DNA of 64,000 nt from Escherichia phage vB_EcoM_E9.1. Positions within the stretch are counted from its first letter, which is position 1; each line of letters opens with the position of its first letter. The position numbers and the translations under genes were made by a program. A model generated the notes under the pieces. That model searched no databases, was not told where the DNA came from, and saw only the letters and a program-made list of their open reading frames with translations. Positions 1-11,338 of this stretch are shown one piece after another. The DNA lies in the sequence record PP886230. The stretch is one strand, 5' to 3'.

Positions 1-164
<164 letters not shown>

Positions 165-165
165 T

Positions 166-335
<170 letters not shown>

Positions 336-553
336 CGAAATTACAATAGGAAATTAAAATGCAACTTTTAATTCTTTCAATATTGTATATTATTATAATG
401 GTTCCGATATCAATACGTTTAATTACAGTTGAACGATTTTTATCGAAACATGGAAATAGATCTATGATCTTTGTACCAATTGGGCTTATATTGTTTGGTA
501 TTTTTGCATTTATAATGGGAATTAACGCTACATTCATTTCATAGGAAACAAAT

Positions 554-811
<258 letters not shown>

Positions 812-814
812 CTA

Positions 815-1015
815 ATGTCAAAATTTATTAACCGTAAGAAAAGAAAAAAACGTTCTAAAGAAGAAATTCTTCAGTTAATTAAACAAAACAAGAAAGAATT
901 GATACTTGATGAATATGTTTTCCAATACGGAATGAAAAGTGGTTTAGTGAAAGAATGTAATAATAAGTACAGTACTGAGCATTTTGATCTTATTAAAAAT
1001 ATTCTTTTAAAATAA
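815..1015 (+). CDS. hypothetical protein, lysine-rich
   Basis: ORF 66 aa starting 4 nt after previous stop. Confidence 0.5.
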   Translation: MSKFINRKKRKKRSKEEILQLIKQNKKELILDEYVFQYGMKSGLVKECNNKYSTEHFDLIKNILLK

Positions 1016-1183
1016 AAGTATTTTTTGGATTAATTATGAGATTAACACTTGAAGAAAAAGAAGCTATTCGAGTACTGGTACGGTAAAAAGAAATTGACAA
1101 AATATGTCATTTCACCTAAACTACGTGGTAAGACTTCACTTGGTGTATTCAACGCCGCAGACTTAAACTACTAGCGGGTATTA

Positions 1184-1525
<342 letters not shown>

Positions 1526-1550
1526 GGACGTAGGATGTAAGTATTCAGTT

Positions 1551-1588
<38 letters not shown>

Positions 1589-1607
1589 AGAGGTACTTCG
1601 AGTATGC

Positions 1608-1734
<127 letters not shown>

Positions 1735-1736
1735 TA

Positions 1737-1793
<57 letters not shown>

Positions 1794-1794
1794 A

Positions 1795-1826
<32 letters not shown>

Positions 1827-1878
1827 TACCAAGCAGCTTGAAGAACTTTGTAGTGCTGCACCTATGCCGACTCTTGGC

Positions 1879-1979
<101 letters not shown>

Positions 1980-1991
1980 TATCTTACTTCT

Positions 1992-2081
<90 letters not shown>

Positions 2082-2087
2082 TACACT

Positions 2088-2513
2088 ATGACATACAACA
2101 TTGTTAAAATGGTGAACTATGTATTAAAAAACAACGCATGGTCACTGCATGATGTACAATTAGAAGATATTGGTGAAGTTAGAGTATTTTGCTATGATCC
2201 AGATTTGAATCAAACCACAGATTTGAGTAAATGTTTTAATATTTTTCTTGGTTATGAATTCAATAATCATTTTTATTCATTTGATGTGTATTTTGAAAAA
2301 GTTATATTCAGAAGTTATGAATGTGATAATGAAGATTATGATTATGATGATGAATCAATTGAATTGAATGTTAACGATATTGATACTGAAGAAAAATTCT
2401 TCCAGTACTGCCTCCTTAACGACATATTAGGATTAACATTTGAGGACATTAAAGCTATACTTAAAGTTCAAAAGTTGATTCCAGAAGAGGTTCTAAATCC
2501 ATTAAATGACTAG
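2088..2513 (+). CDS. family-A paralog (C-terminal FQY..NDI.GLT motif)
   Basis: ORF 141 aa; C-terminus EEKFFQYCLLNDILGLTFEDIKAIL shared with 2506, 3591, 4000 and 39819 ORFs. Confidence 0.6.
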   Translation: MTYNIVKMVNYVLKNNAWSLHDVQLEDIGEVRVFCYDPDLNQTTDLSKCFNIFLGYEFNNHFYSFDVYFEKVIFRSYECDNEDYDYDDESIELNVNDIDTEEKFFQYCLLNDILGLTFEDIKAILKVQKLIPEEVLNPLND

Positions 2514-2871
2514 TCTAATAGTACGTATAATGCAAGATGTTTGTAATAACCTTTATACAGGCAATTTTGACGATCCGAACATAAAAATATTATGTTATGA
2601 TGGTTTTACAATGGTACATCCATCCTATTCAAATAATATCTACGTAGCATATACAGGTGAAAATCTATTATATCAATTTGATATATATAGTACAATGACA
2701 AAGATAATTTTGGATGCCTCTAAACCAGCAATCTTTATTGCTTCTCATGATTACCATTACACTGAAGAATCACTATTTCAGTACTCAATGATTAATGACA
2801 TTGGTGGGTTGACATTGGATGAGGTTAATGCTATACTAGCTGTCTCACGTTTAGTTAAAACCCACAATTAG
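2506..2871 (+). CDS. family-A paralog
   Basis: ORF 121 aa; start overlaps previous stop; C-terminus EESLFQYSMINDIGGLTLDEVNAIL. Confidence 0.6.
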   Translation: MTSLIVRIMQDVCNNLYTGNFDDPNIKILCYDGFTMVHPSYSNNIYVAYTGENLLYQFDIYSTMTKIILDASKPAIFIASHDYHYTEESLFQYSMINDIGGLTLDEVNAILAVSRLVKTHN

Positions 2872-2880
2872 GAGATTCAT

Positions 2881-3072
2881 ATGTTCTGGAATTTATTATG
2901 CTTGTTTGGTCGTACATTGGTTCTTGCTATTATTCATACACCTGGTATTCGTAATTATGTTTCTTATGAATTTAAGAAAAATTATCACAACAATACTGAA
3001 GTTCGTACAACTAAGATGTGCAAAGACTTCAAGGTAGATGTTCCACCATTCAAGAAGTACGAGGATGAATAA
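2881..3072 (+). CDS. hypothetical protein
   Basis: ORF 63 aa. Confidence 0.45.
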   Translation: MFWNLLCLFGRTLVLAIIHTPGIRNYVSYEFKKNYHNNTEVRTTKMCKDFKVDVPPFKKYEDE

Positions 3073-3356
3073 TGGAATTCATTGTTGCACCTGATGAACT
3101 TAAAACATTCACGTTCAGAGATAATAACAATTATCCTTATACAAATCATTCATTGAATTCATTACATGTTATTTCAATCATTGCATCTGAATACAGGGAT
3201 AATCCATGTATTGATTTTAAAACCACTGATGGTGAATATACATGGGTGATCCCAAAAGATAAATATAGTTATCAAGGGGCAGTAGAAATTCGTGACTCGA
3301 TTCTAAAACAAATCGAAGATGGAAATACTCATCCTAAACTAAACACTCAGTACTGA
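3072..3356 (+). CDS. hypothetical protein
   Basis: ORF 94 aa. Confidence 0.5.
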   Translation: MEFIVAPDELKTFTFRDNNNYPYTNHSLNSLHVISIIASEYRDNPCIDFKTTDGEYTWVIPKDKYSYQGAVEIRDSILKQIEDGNTHPKLNTQY

Positions 3357-3369
3357 AATCGTTTAACCC

Positions 3370-3424
3370 GATAGCTTCTAGTCAGTACTGATTCCTCCTT
3401 ATGTATAGAAGCTATCACTTTTTT
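3370..3424 (+). terminator. intrinsic terminator candidate
   Basis: 11-bp stem GATAGCTTCTA/TAGAAGCTATC with a large loop containing CAGTACTG, followed by a T6 run. Confidence 0.45.
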
Positions 3425-3512
3425 ACGTATAATGATATTACCCTCAAATTCATTATATTCGTTACCCTCTAACAGTATCTTTTTATTCCTCTTGGATGCT
3501 GTAATTTAGAAG

Positions 3513-3541
3513 TTGACTTTTTAACTTCTACTGTGTTATAC
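3513..3541 (+). promoter_or_regulatory. sigma70-type promoter
   Basis: TTGACT, 17-nt spacer, TATACT; followed by a leader hairpin GGCTGATTCG..CGAATCGGCC plus T-run before the next gene. Confidence 0.5.
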
Positions 3542-3590
3542 TTAAGGCTGATTCGATGAATCGGCCTTTTTTCTTATATAGGTGAATGCA

Positions 3591-4010
3591 ATGAGTTATT
3601 TGTTTACTTTAATTGATAAGTATGTTGACATTGTATACTGTCAAGTTTGTAGTGATACGTTTGAAACAAAAAACCCAATTAGAGATGGCTTTTTTGATGT
3701 TGTCGTTGGATCATTTTTGAATGGATACACCGAGACATTATACAACAGTAATAATATTTTTATTTCAGTTCAATCCAGACATACATCAGACTATGCTGTT
3801 AGCATTGATATTTGGGAAAATAATATAGAAATAGATATAACGGAACATACTAACATTCATGTTGATGATACATTTAATCAATTAACTGAAGAAATGTACT
3901 TGCAGTTGAATTTTGTACATGATCTTACAAATATCAGTTATGATACATTAAGGAAAATATGTTTTCTTAGTGGGGTGATCCGTAGTAATATGAGTAAGGA
4001 TGGGAAGTGA
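3591..4010 (+). CDS. family-A paralog
   Basis: ORF ~139 aa; ATG at 3591 preferred over GTG at 3582 because of upstream AGGTGA; C-terminal EEMYLQLNFVHDLTNISYDTL motif. Confidence 0.55.
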   Translation: MSYLFTLIDKYVDIVYCQVCSDTFETKNPIRDGFFDVVVGSFLNGYTETLYNSNNIFISVQSRHTSDYAVSIDIWENNIEIDITEHTNIHVDDTFNQLTEEMYLQLNFVHDLTNISYDTLRKICFLSGVIRSNMSKDGK

Positions 4011-4428
4011 AATGTTAAAAATTCCACCTAAGTCGTTAACACATCTTATTGAATGTGGTGTAATATTTTCCGAAGGTGATACCTCATCATACACATTGGT
4101 CGATGAACCTTATAATTTTTCATACCAATCTTATAAAAATAATTCTAAAATTTCTTGTAGATATGCTGAAAACATATTAATAGATGTTTCGTTACATAAT
4201 GTTCCGAAATTTTACATTGATATCTTTGGTGATTCTTTGACAATTCGAACATATGATTATTTTATTAATAAAGACCTCTTGAGTCTTCCAATTGAACATG
4301 ATACTATAGATTCAGAGATGTTCTTTCAACTATCAACAGTTTACGATTTACAGGGTTTAACTGTTGAGCAGTTGAATGGAATATTTGAGATTTCACGAAA
4401 CATACGAAGCAGGAATAAAAATGTCTAA
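4000..4428 (+). CDS. family-A paralog
   Basis: ORF 142 aa; C-terminal SEMFFQLSTVYDLQGLTVEQLNGIF motif. Confidence 0.6.
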   Translation: MGSEMLKIPPKSLTHLIECGVIFSEGDTSSYTLVDEPYNFSYQSYKNNSKISCRYAENILIDVSLHNVPKFYIDIFGDSLTIRTYDYFINKDLLSLPIEHDTIDSEMFFQLSTVYDLQGLTVEQLNGIFEISRNIRSRNKNV

Positions 4429-4831
4429 TATTTTAAATGAAAAAACAGTTGATGTTGTTATTGGTGTTCTTAACACCGCAACTTCATTTCAGAAGAAACA
4501 CAGTGTTGTATACTTTGGTGAAGATTGTTGGCTGAACTATACTAATAATTCGTTTATAATTCGTGTAGAGGCTGATGATATTGGATTAACCGTTCAGGTA
4601 GGATGTACCAAAACTGACAAACAAATCACTGTCATTGTTGATAAACTTACGTCTTCTTTTTATGATAGTATAGATGATTGTGAACACTGTAGTTCAACAT
4701 TTTATGATACAGAAGAAGAACATTTTATGGAAAGTACTGTTCAAGAGTTAGCTATTCCATATAAGCTAATGAAAGCAGTGAGTGATTTAATTTTAAAATA
4801 TAAAAAAATAGGAGTTACTAATGCAATTTAA
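4421..4831 (+). CDS. hypothetical protein
   Basis: ORF ~136 aa; start at ATG 4421 (MSNILNEK) preferred over the track start 4376. Confidence 0.5.
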   Translation: MSNILNEKTVDVVIGVLNTATSFQKKHSVVYFGEDCWLNYTNNSFIIRVEADDIGLTVQVGCTKTDKQITVIVDKLTSSFYDSIDDCEHCSSTFYDTEEEHFMESTVQELAIPYKLMKAVSDLILKYKKIGVTNAI

Positions 4832-5267
4832 TGGTAAAGTTTCCAAAGTAGGTTTGGTTTTTGAAAACTGTGAATTTGTTGATATTGATGTAAAGAATGT
4901 TTTATGGATGCATATTGCTGATGAGAAGACTCTTTGTAGCCGTTTTTCAAACGGTCTGACAATTAGTACTGTTATCGGTGAGTTCGGTATTGCATTACGC
5001 AGCAATACACCATCGGATTTCATGGACAACTCTACACTGTTAGACCGTTTAAAAATGCGTGACGTTACACACGTTTATCTATATGATACTAACGGTGTTG
5101 AACAGCGTTATGTAGTTGAATGGGCTAATTATAACCTTAGTGATCAATATTCAGTAAACCAGCGTGTTCAAATCACCCCTGGTGGTAATATTGTGTTTGT
5201 TAGTTCAACTGGTAAATTAATCAGTGTAGATGATAAAAACATTGACCTATTCACAGCATATAACTAA
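4821..5267 (+). CDS. hypothetical protein
   Basis: ORF 148 aa. Confidence 0.55.
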   Translation: MQFNGKVSKVGLVFENCEFVDIDVKNVLWMHIADEKTLCSRFSNGLTISTVIGEFGIALRSNTPSDFMDNSTLLDRLKMRDVTHVYLYDTNGVEQRYVVEWANYNLSDQYSVNQRVQITPGGNIVFVSSTGKLISVDDKNIDLFTAYN

Positions 5268-5278
5268 TACGAGCTTCC

Positions 5279-5698
5279 ATGAAAACAATCAAAATTCATT
5301 TCAAAGACACTTGGACAGAAGTAAGTACTGGTAATATTCAGGATATTTTATATAGTACTGAAACTATTCATGTTTATGATGAAGAGACTGCTACCGAGCA
5401 GTTAAAAGTTTTGCATCGTAGTGTTGGTGTGCACACCGAATATGGCATTAAACATACTCGTGAATTACTTAATACTAATCACATTGAAACCCGTAAAGCA
5501 AACTTATCAAAAGAAGAAATGTTCGATTTCATCCTGAACCATAAAGTTCATATTGAGCCTGATGGGTCTATATGGGAGAACACTGCTGGACAAAAAGTGC
5601 TGAAAAAATATCATGTTTCAATTGATAATGTAAAAATGTCAGGGTATGATTTGGAAGATGCAATTAATGAATATGTATCTAGGCAGAGGGCAAATTGA
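5279..5698 (+). CDS. hypothetical protein
   Basis: ORF 139 aa. Confidence 0.55.
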   Translation: MKTIKIHFKDTWTEVSTGNIQDILYSTETIHVYDEETATEQLKVLHRSVGVHTEYGIKHTRELLNTNHIETRKANLSKEEMFDFILNHKVHIEPDGSIWENTAGQKVLKKYHVSIDNVKMSGYDLEDAINEYVSRQRAN

Positions 5699-6069
5699 TG
5701 AGCTTGATAACATTTACAATTATTTGTTGCATTACTATTGTACTTTGTCGCCTGATTCATGTATACTCATATCATAAAGCGTTGCGAATCGAACAAGAGA
5801 TTTACAACGAAAACCGAGAACCAGAACCAGTCAAGAAGCCACCATCACCTTATGGGTTGAAACGTGAGATGCATTCTCAAAGTAAAAAGTGGGGTTATGC
5901 AATTACTAAAAATGGCTACATCTATACTGCAAGTAATGGTTATTTTCAAATTCACCACGAATTAGAAGTGGCAGTTCAAATTTTGTGGGAGATGGAGGAC
6001 ATTGGTGGTTATGAGCGTACTAAGTTTGAATTCATATCAAATGATCCAGGAACTTCACGAGAAACATGA
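5695..6069 (+). CDS. hypothetical protein with N-terminal TM helix
   Basis: ORF 124 aa; hydrophobic N-terminus; ATGA overlap with previous gene. Confidence 0.55.
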   Translation: MMSLITFTIICCITIVLCRLIHVYSYHKALRIEQEIYNENREPEPVKKPPSPYGLKREMHSQSKKWGYAITKNGYIYTASNGYFQIHHELEVAVQILWEMEDIGGYERTKFEFISNDPGTSRET

Positions 6070-6214
6070 TATAATTGTTGATGTGAAGAAGAAGGAAGTC
6101 GTTATGAAAAAGCAAGCATATAGAATTTTAGAAGACTTCCATCTAAAAGCATTTATAATGAAGTTCTGTACAGATGAACATCTTACCGGACGAGTAATAC
6201 GTAAGGAGTTGTAA

Positions 6215-6556
6215 ATGAACTTAAGTTCAACAATTCAGTACTTGAGCAGTAACTTCGAGAAAATTATTTCTCGCGGTGGGATGATTGTACACCCAGAAAC
6301 AGAGGAAATGTACATCATTGGATTTGATAAAAATTCTTATGATCAAGTACTTGTAATTTCCAAGTTAGAAAGTTATAATGAAGTTGTTCAGTTTTGCTGT
6401 ACCGAATTTGGTATCTATATTAAAGACGCTGAAACTAATACAATTTCGCATTATTTTTACCACACACTGATGGGTACTAAAGACTTCGGCTTGAAGTTCG
6501 ATGATTTAGTACAATGTCACTATATGTTTAAAACCTTCCCAGCTAGTGGGCATTAA
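6215..6556 (+). CDS. hypothetical protein
   Basis: ORF 113 aa. Confidence 0.55.
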   Translation: MNLSSTIQYLSSNFEKIISRGGMIVHPETEEMYIIGFDKNSYDQVLVISKLESYNEVVQFCCTEFGIYIKDAETNTISHYFYHTLMGTKDFGLKFDDLVQCHYMFKTFPASGH

Positions 6557-7358
6557 GGAGTATATCAATATGAGCAACATTTTCTTCAAAACTATTTCTT
6601 TCAAAAAAGCATCTTACTCCTACGCCTACGTTGATGGTAAAGTGCTTAATATTGTACTGGATGGTGTTGACGTACCAGTTGAATTTAAAACACATGAAGA
6701 AGCAGTTGAAGGTGCTAAAGAATTGAATTCAATTCTTAATGGTGAAGTAAGTCAAAAACAACATGTAAAATCTGATTTAGATGTACTTTTGGAAAAAATC
6801 AAAACTGGTGAAGTATTAGAAATTTTAGACAACTGTAATGAAAAACTTCGTAATGTAGTTAATAATGTTCGTGACCAGATTCAAGAAAAAGCACTAGAGC
6901 AAGCATTCAAACATGTATCCAAGAATGCTGAATCTCGTATTGACGGTATGGTTAAAAATCTTGATGATGTACTATCTCATCTCTTTACTAAAGAATACGA
7001 ACAAGAAGTTGAAGAAGAACCAGTAAAAGAAACTAAAAAAGAAAAACGTAGCTTTGGCTCAGGTGATGATGTGTTTGGTTTTACGAATGTCCGAACAAGT
7101 GCAGATGAACCAAAAGAAATTAGTGAGATGCTCATTGGTGACATGACAACTAAGCAGCTTCGTAATGAAATTGACAAGTTTGTAACTAGTTGTATCAAAT
7201 CAGAACGTGCACAAAGTATGTTTAAAAGCATTAGTGAGAACTTTGGTCCAGAAGCAACTGAGCAGGCACTAACTGCATTTAAAGAATTGATTTATAATGT
7301 AGCCATTAGCAATCCAGATAAAACACTTGAAGAAGTTCTACGTGACAATTTCAAATAA
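6546..7358 (+). CDS. hypothetical charged protein
   Basis: ORF 270 aa, rich in K/E. Confidence 0.6.
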   Translation: MGIKEYINMSNIFFKTISFKKASYSYAYVDGKVLNIVLDGVDVPVEFKTHEEAVEGAKELNSILNGEVSQKQHVKSDLDVLLEKIKTGEVLEILDNCNEKLRNVVNNVRDQIQEKALEQAFKHVSKNAESRIDGMVKNLDDVLSHLFTKEYEQEVEEEPVKETKKEKRSFGSGDDVFGFTNVRTSADEPKEISEMLIGDMTTKQLRNEIDKFVTSCIKSERAQSMFKSISENFGPEATEQALTAFKELIYNVAISNPDKTLEEVLRDNFK

Positions 7359-7372
7359 TTAGATAAAATTAA

Positions 7373-7400
7373 AGCCACTACAATGTAGTGGCTTTTTTTA
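7373..7400. terminator. bidirectional intrinsic terminator
   Basis: Hairpin AGCCACTA-CAATG-TAGTGGCT followed by T7; sits between convergent genes 6546-7358 (+) and 7401-8555 (-). Confidence 0.7.
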
Positions 7401-8555
7401 TTATGCGTTGTAACCAACTATTACGACTGAGCAGTCAAGCGGTTCTACTACTTTAAGAATTACATTATCATCTTCATCCACTTGTATTTCACTATGAACT
7501 ACATGATTGTCTGAAGAATATAATTGAACTTGTGGTAGTGCTTTACCATGTTCAGTTACTGGAACTGAGATAGAGTACATAGAGTCTTCACCGAGAACCC
7601 ACTCACTTAAAGTATATTCTTTATGGAAAGGAGTAGTATGCAGTGTTTTTCCGATTATACTCAAAGAAACAGGTAAATTATCAGTTTGATACACAGTAAT
7701 ATTACCTTCTGCGTCTACAGAAAGATCTACACCAACTTGATATAAGTCACCACTGTATGCTTGAAGTGCTAAGTACTGTCCACGATCATGAACATCAAAT
7801 GGAACAACCGCAGAAAATACACCTTCCGAAACAGGTTCAAATTGGGATAGAAGAACTGATGTAACAAAATCAATATCCTCACCACTTTCAAGAACATCAA
7901 ATTCCACCACTTTAGTGTTATAATATGGAGAAGTGAGCGTAGCAGTACCTTTCCCTGATTGTGTGATAACATCAACTGGAATTGTAAATGCATCATTAAC
8001 AAATTGGGTAGTAAAGTATTCTGTCCCGTCTGGTAATACGATTGTTATTACCATACCGTTAGTATCAATTTCTGAACCAGTGTTGAATAATTTACCACTA
8101 ATTGAGTCATTACCAACAAATACTGGTGAAATGAGAATATTATCTATATCACGATCTATAATACCACATTCAGGTGTATACATATGATACAAGGTTTGTG
8201 AACTACCTAAAATTGTTTTATGTAGCATAAATTTATATACAAATCCAGTATCAGTTTCTTGTGGCTCTTCAGAATATCCACGAACAAAGAAACAATTTTT
8301 ATTAATTTCACTTAATAGTTGGTCATTAGTTTTATTGTAATTTAATAGATAACCTTTATTATCTTTAGTTGTTATTTGTACTTTACGATATATTATATTA
8401 GTTCTTGGATCAACTAAATCATATAATCTATGGCTTCTTTGGCGATAGATTCTAATATTTTTTAGTCTAGTTCCATCGTTGAGGATTGCACCATCAACAA
8501 CATAACCACATTCACCAAACTTATAGCGTCCAGCCGCAGCAATTGACCTTGACAT
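7401..8555 (-). CDS. hypothetical protein (only minus-strand gene in the first 40 kb)
   Basis: ORF 384 aa; no recognisable motif. Confidence 0.6.
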   Translation of the reverse strand: MSRSIAAAGRYKFGECGYVVDGAILNDGTRLKNIRIYRQRSHRLYDLVDPRTNIIYRKVQITTKDNKGYLLNYNKTNDQLLSEINKNCFFVRGYSEEPQETDTGFVYKFMLHKTILGSSQTLYHMYTPECGIIDRDIDNILISPVFVGNDSISGKLFNTGSEIDTNGMVITIVLPDGTEYFTTQFVNDAFTIPVDVITQSGKGTATLTSPYYNTKVVEFDVLESGEDIDFVTSVLLSQFEPVSEGVFSAVVPFDVHDRGQYLALQAYSGDLYQVGVDLSVDAEGNITVYQTDNLPVSLSIIGKTLHTTPFHKEYTLSEWVLGEDSMYSISVPVTEHGKALPQVQLYSSDNHVVHSEIQVDEDDNVILKVVEPLDCSVVIVGYNA

Positions 8556-8615
8556 TTATCCCTCCATTGGTATAATTATTATAACGTATTTATTATGCAT
8601 ATCCAAAAAATGAGC

Positions 8616-8644
8616 TTGACTGGTGTATGATTTGGTGTTATCAT
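8616..8644 (+). promoter_or_regulatory. sigma70-type promoter
   Basis: TTGACT, 17-nt spacer, TATCAT, upstream of ORF 8672. Confidence 0.45.
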
Positions 8645-8671
8645 GTAGTGAATGAATAATGAGGTGTTTTT

Positions 8672-9256
8672 ATGAATGTTATTGATAATAGATTAGTACT
8701 GAAAAATGGAAAAATGACTGTTAAGTTATATAAAGATGAAGCTGATTCTTTTATGGCAAAAGCGATTGAAAAATCAGAACGATATAAACTTTTGGCTCCA
8801 GCAAGTAAATCGCCATATGGTTTTAATCATGCACATAGTCATTTTGTTGGTATGGTGTGTGAGCACGCATCTTTAGTACTTTTTAATGAAATTGAAAACA
8901 ATACTGGTATTAAACTTAATATCGATCCAGCATTCCAAAATGAAGCACGTGACGGTGAATGTGATATTAAGGTAAACAACCTTCGTATTGAAGTAAAAGG
9001 TATCAAGTATAAATCATGGACTGACTTTGGACCATGTGTTAGTACTCGACAGTTAAAAAATATCCAGAAAAAAGCTGACGTAATACTATGGGTATTGTAT
9101 AATGAGAAAAAACAAGAGTTCACGTTTGAGGGATTCAACTATGTAAAAGATATTAGTTCTATCCCAGTTATCCTCACTGGTGTACCAGGGCGACCAATGA
9201 TTGAAAATCACCCAGTACTCGGTATTATGAAACCACTACAGGAGTTACCATTGTGA
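8672..9256 (+). CDS. hypothetical protein (possible PD-(D/E)xK-like motif, unverified)
   Basis: ORF 194 aa; D..ECDIK..EVK segment is only suggestive. Confidence 0.5.
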   Translation: MNVIDNRLVLKNGKMTVKLYKDEADSFMAKAIEKSERYKLLAPASKSPYGFNHAHSHFVGMVCEHASLVLFNEIENNTGIKLNIDPAFQNEARDGECDIKVNNLRIEVKGIKYKSWTDFGPCVSTRQLKNIQKKADVILWVLYNEKKQEFTFEGFNYVKDISSIPVILTGVPGRPMIENHPVLGIMKPLQELPL

Positions 9257-9480
9257 TTACTGCAACTGTATATCAAGATATCAATGAAGAATTTCATTCT
9301 AAAATTGCGTTCTTATCATTTCCTGTACTCCCAGTAGTTGGGTCAACGTTGAATCTTACCATTTGTGGGTTTGAGAAATATTATAAAGTTCTAGATATTG
9401 AGTACTGTGCTGATGTATATTCATGTAATAGTGAAATTGCAATTCCAGTATCAATCGATATTATTGTAAAAGAGGTTTGA
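9253..9480 (+). CDS. hypothetical protein
   Basis: ORF 75 aa; GTG start preceded by GGAG. Confidence 0.45.
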   Translation: MITATVYQDINEEFHSKIAFLSFPVLPVVGSTLNLTICGFEKYYKVLDIEYCADVYSCNSEIAIPVSIDIIVKEV

Positions 9481-9938
9481 TTATGTTTAAGAATTTTATG
9501 GTTATCGTAGCAGTACTGTTTGGTACATCATGTTTTATTTCCCCAGTACACGCAGAAGAACAACGTCAAACTATTAAAACTATTGGGACTGGTAAAACTC
9601 CCCCTAAACGTACTGCTGACGAATACATGCCTGAAATGCGTGAACGTTATCGTCAGACATACAGGGAAAAACATGCTAATGATAAACCCATCAAGAAGCA
9701 TAAATGGGAAGTTGTTAAATCTCCTTCATTTTGTGCTGGATATGCTAAAGTAAAGATTGAGCAGCACAAAAACCAGTACTATAAAGATATGTATTCCTTC
9801 TATGACTCCAGAATTTCTGACACAGATATGATGGCAGGGAAGGTTGATAAAGAAGAATTTCTACAAGGCTATGATATGATGGACGATGACAAAATCATGG
9901 AATGCGTTGAAGTGTATGAAAAATACAGAGGCTTCTGA
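9477..9938 (+). CDS. secreted protein (signal peptide)
   Basis: ORF 153 aa; N-terminus MFKNFMVIVAVLFGTSCFISPVHA-EE looks like a Sec signal with AxA-type cleavage site. Confidence 0.6.
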   Translation: MIMFKNFMVIVAVLFGTSCFISPVHAEEQRQTIKTIGTGKTPPKRTADEYMPEMRERYRQTYREKHANDKPIKKHKWEVVKSPSFCAGYAKVKIEQHKNQYYKDMYSFYDSRISDTDMMAGKVDKEEFLQGYDMMDDDKIMECVEVYEKYRGF

Positions 9939-10414
9939 TGTTAACAATAGTGTTGTTGGTAAGTCCATTTGTGTATTTTGTGCTGTATAATATTTTTAGT
10001 AATGCTAATCATTTTAAATATGCACAAACAATTGCAAAGTATGAAGGTTTTTGGAATTTTTTCCCAGCATTACTATGCTCATATCTATACCATGAACGCT
10101 ATTTCATTTTTCCTGAATATAAAAATTATGGTTATGATTCTAAAGTAAATGGTATAATTGAGTACTGTATAAGAAATTATCTTAATAATAATGATAACGT
10201 CCAAGTAAGAATAGGAAATGGTAATATATCAAGAATAGTTTTCATACCTGATATACAAGATCCAATATACTTATATCCATATGATTATAGTATTAGTGTA
10301 GGTTGTTCGATACATGGTAGTAAATCTATGTACGATTACTTTATCTTACCACCAACACAAATTAGATTAATAGAAAAATATTTGAGGGAAAAGTTTGACA
10401 ACAAAGATTCTTAG
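9938..10414 (+). CDS. hypothetical protein with N-terminal TM segment
   Basis: ORF 158 aa. Confidence 0.5.
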   Translation: MLTIVLLVSPFVYFVLYNIFSNANHFKYAQTIAKYEGFWNFFPALLCSYLYHERYFIFPEYKNYGYDSKVNGIIEYCIRNYLNNNDNVQVRIGNGNISRIVFIPDIQDPIYLYPYDYSISVGCSIHGSKSMYDYFILPPTQIRLIEKYLREKFDNKDS

Positions 10415-10455
10415 TATTATAATTAACACACCAAGTAACCCAAGGGGGATGGAAA

Positions 10456-10914
10456 ATGGATGTATTAGCTACAAATTTCAAACGTAATGTTGAAGAGCGT
10501 GAAGGTTATTTTAGTATTAGTGAAGTTGTCGATGACAATTTTAAACAATACATTTTTAATAGTGCAATTAAATTAAAATGCACAAAAGATTCACCTGATC
10601 GTAGCTTTACTAAATGGATTGCGTATTGGGAAGATTCACCAGTTGCAATTGAAATGACTGTGATTACAACAGTACTTGAAACTGGTTACATCAAAGCCAT
10701 TATAGTTGATAAGAAAGTCCGTACTCTTGATGAAATTAATCCATATCCAGCCCGAAATTCTAAAGTTTTTGGTGTGTTGGTTGATGGTAAATTTATGATA
10801 GAAAAAGATGCAAAGGAATATGTAATTAATAAACTTCAAACTACATCAGAAAAAAAGGAAGTAGTGGACCAAAACTCTGTTGATGCAATCAAAAAAGCAT
10901 GGGGATTAAAGTAA
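10456..10914 (+). CDS. hypothetical protein
   Basis: ORF 152 aa. Confidence 0.55.
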   Translation: MDVLATNFKRNVEEREGYFSISEVVDDNFKQYIFNSAIKLKCTKDSPDRSFTKWIAYWEDSPVAIEMTVITTVLETGYIKAIIVDKKVRTLDEINPYPARNSKVFGVLVDGKFMIEKDAKEYVINKLQTTSEKKEVVDQNSVDAIKKAWGLK

Positions 10915-10915
10915 T

Positions 10916-11338
10916 ATGTTCACACTAAGTAATGCAAAATATCTTTTTCTTATTAGTATTATTGGTTGGGTTATGGCTCCAGTGCTAAATGCACTGGGGT
11001 TTTCCGATGAACATAAACTTTTAAATGTTTCAGGTTTAATTCAGGGTATTTCATGGTATACATTAATTACATTTTCAGTGTGCATCAATACATTTGCCCG
11101 TGATTATCGACGTTTGTTATATCTGAAAGTATTTGGAACTACACGATATAGTTTTGTTTACACTTTCATTTTAGTACCGTGTATGTTATATGCATTTGTA
11201 TTTGATTACTATACATATCTATGGGTATGTGGAACTATGTTTGTTATGTTGGAATACATCAGAACTGTTCAAAACTCATATGCCGATGAGTTTCATGATC
11301 TAGAAGTTAAACGAAAATTAACGGAGCTAAACAAATGA
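10916..11338 (+). CDS. multi-pass membrane protein
   Basis: ORF 140 aa with several hydrophobic stretches. Confidence 0.55.
   Translation: MFTLSNAKYLFLISIIGWVMAPVLNALGFSDEHKLLNVSGLIQGISWYTLITFSVCINTFARDYRRLLYLKVFGTTRYSFVYTFILVPCMLYAFVFDYYTYLWVCGTMFVMLEYIRTVQNSYADEFHDLEVKRKLTELNK

Noticed and set aside
8839-9138. Antisense ORFs nested inside plus-strand genes (8839-9138, 7769-8002, 10636-10839, 23607-24191, 26499-27588, 28026-28520 and similar)
   Set aside because: Each lies wholly within a better-supported gene on the opposite strand and has low-complexity composition; typical shadow ORFs.
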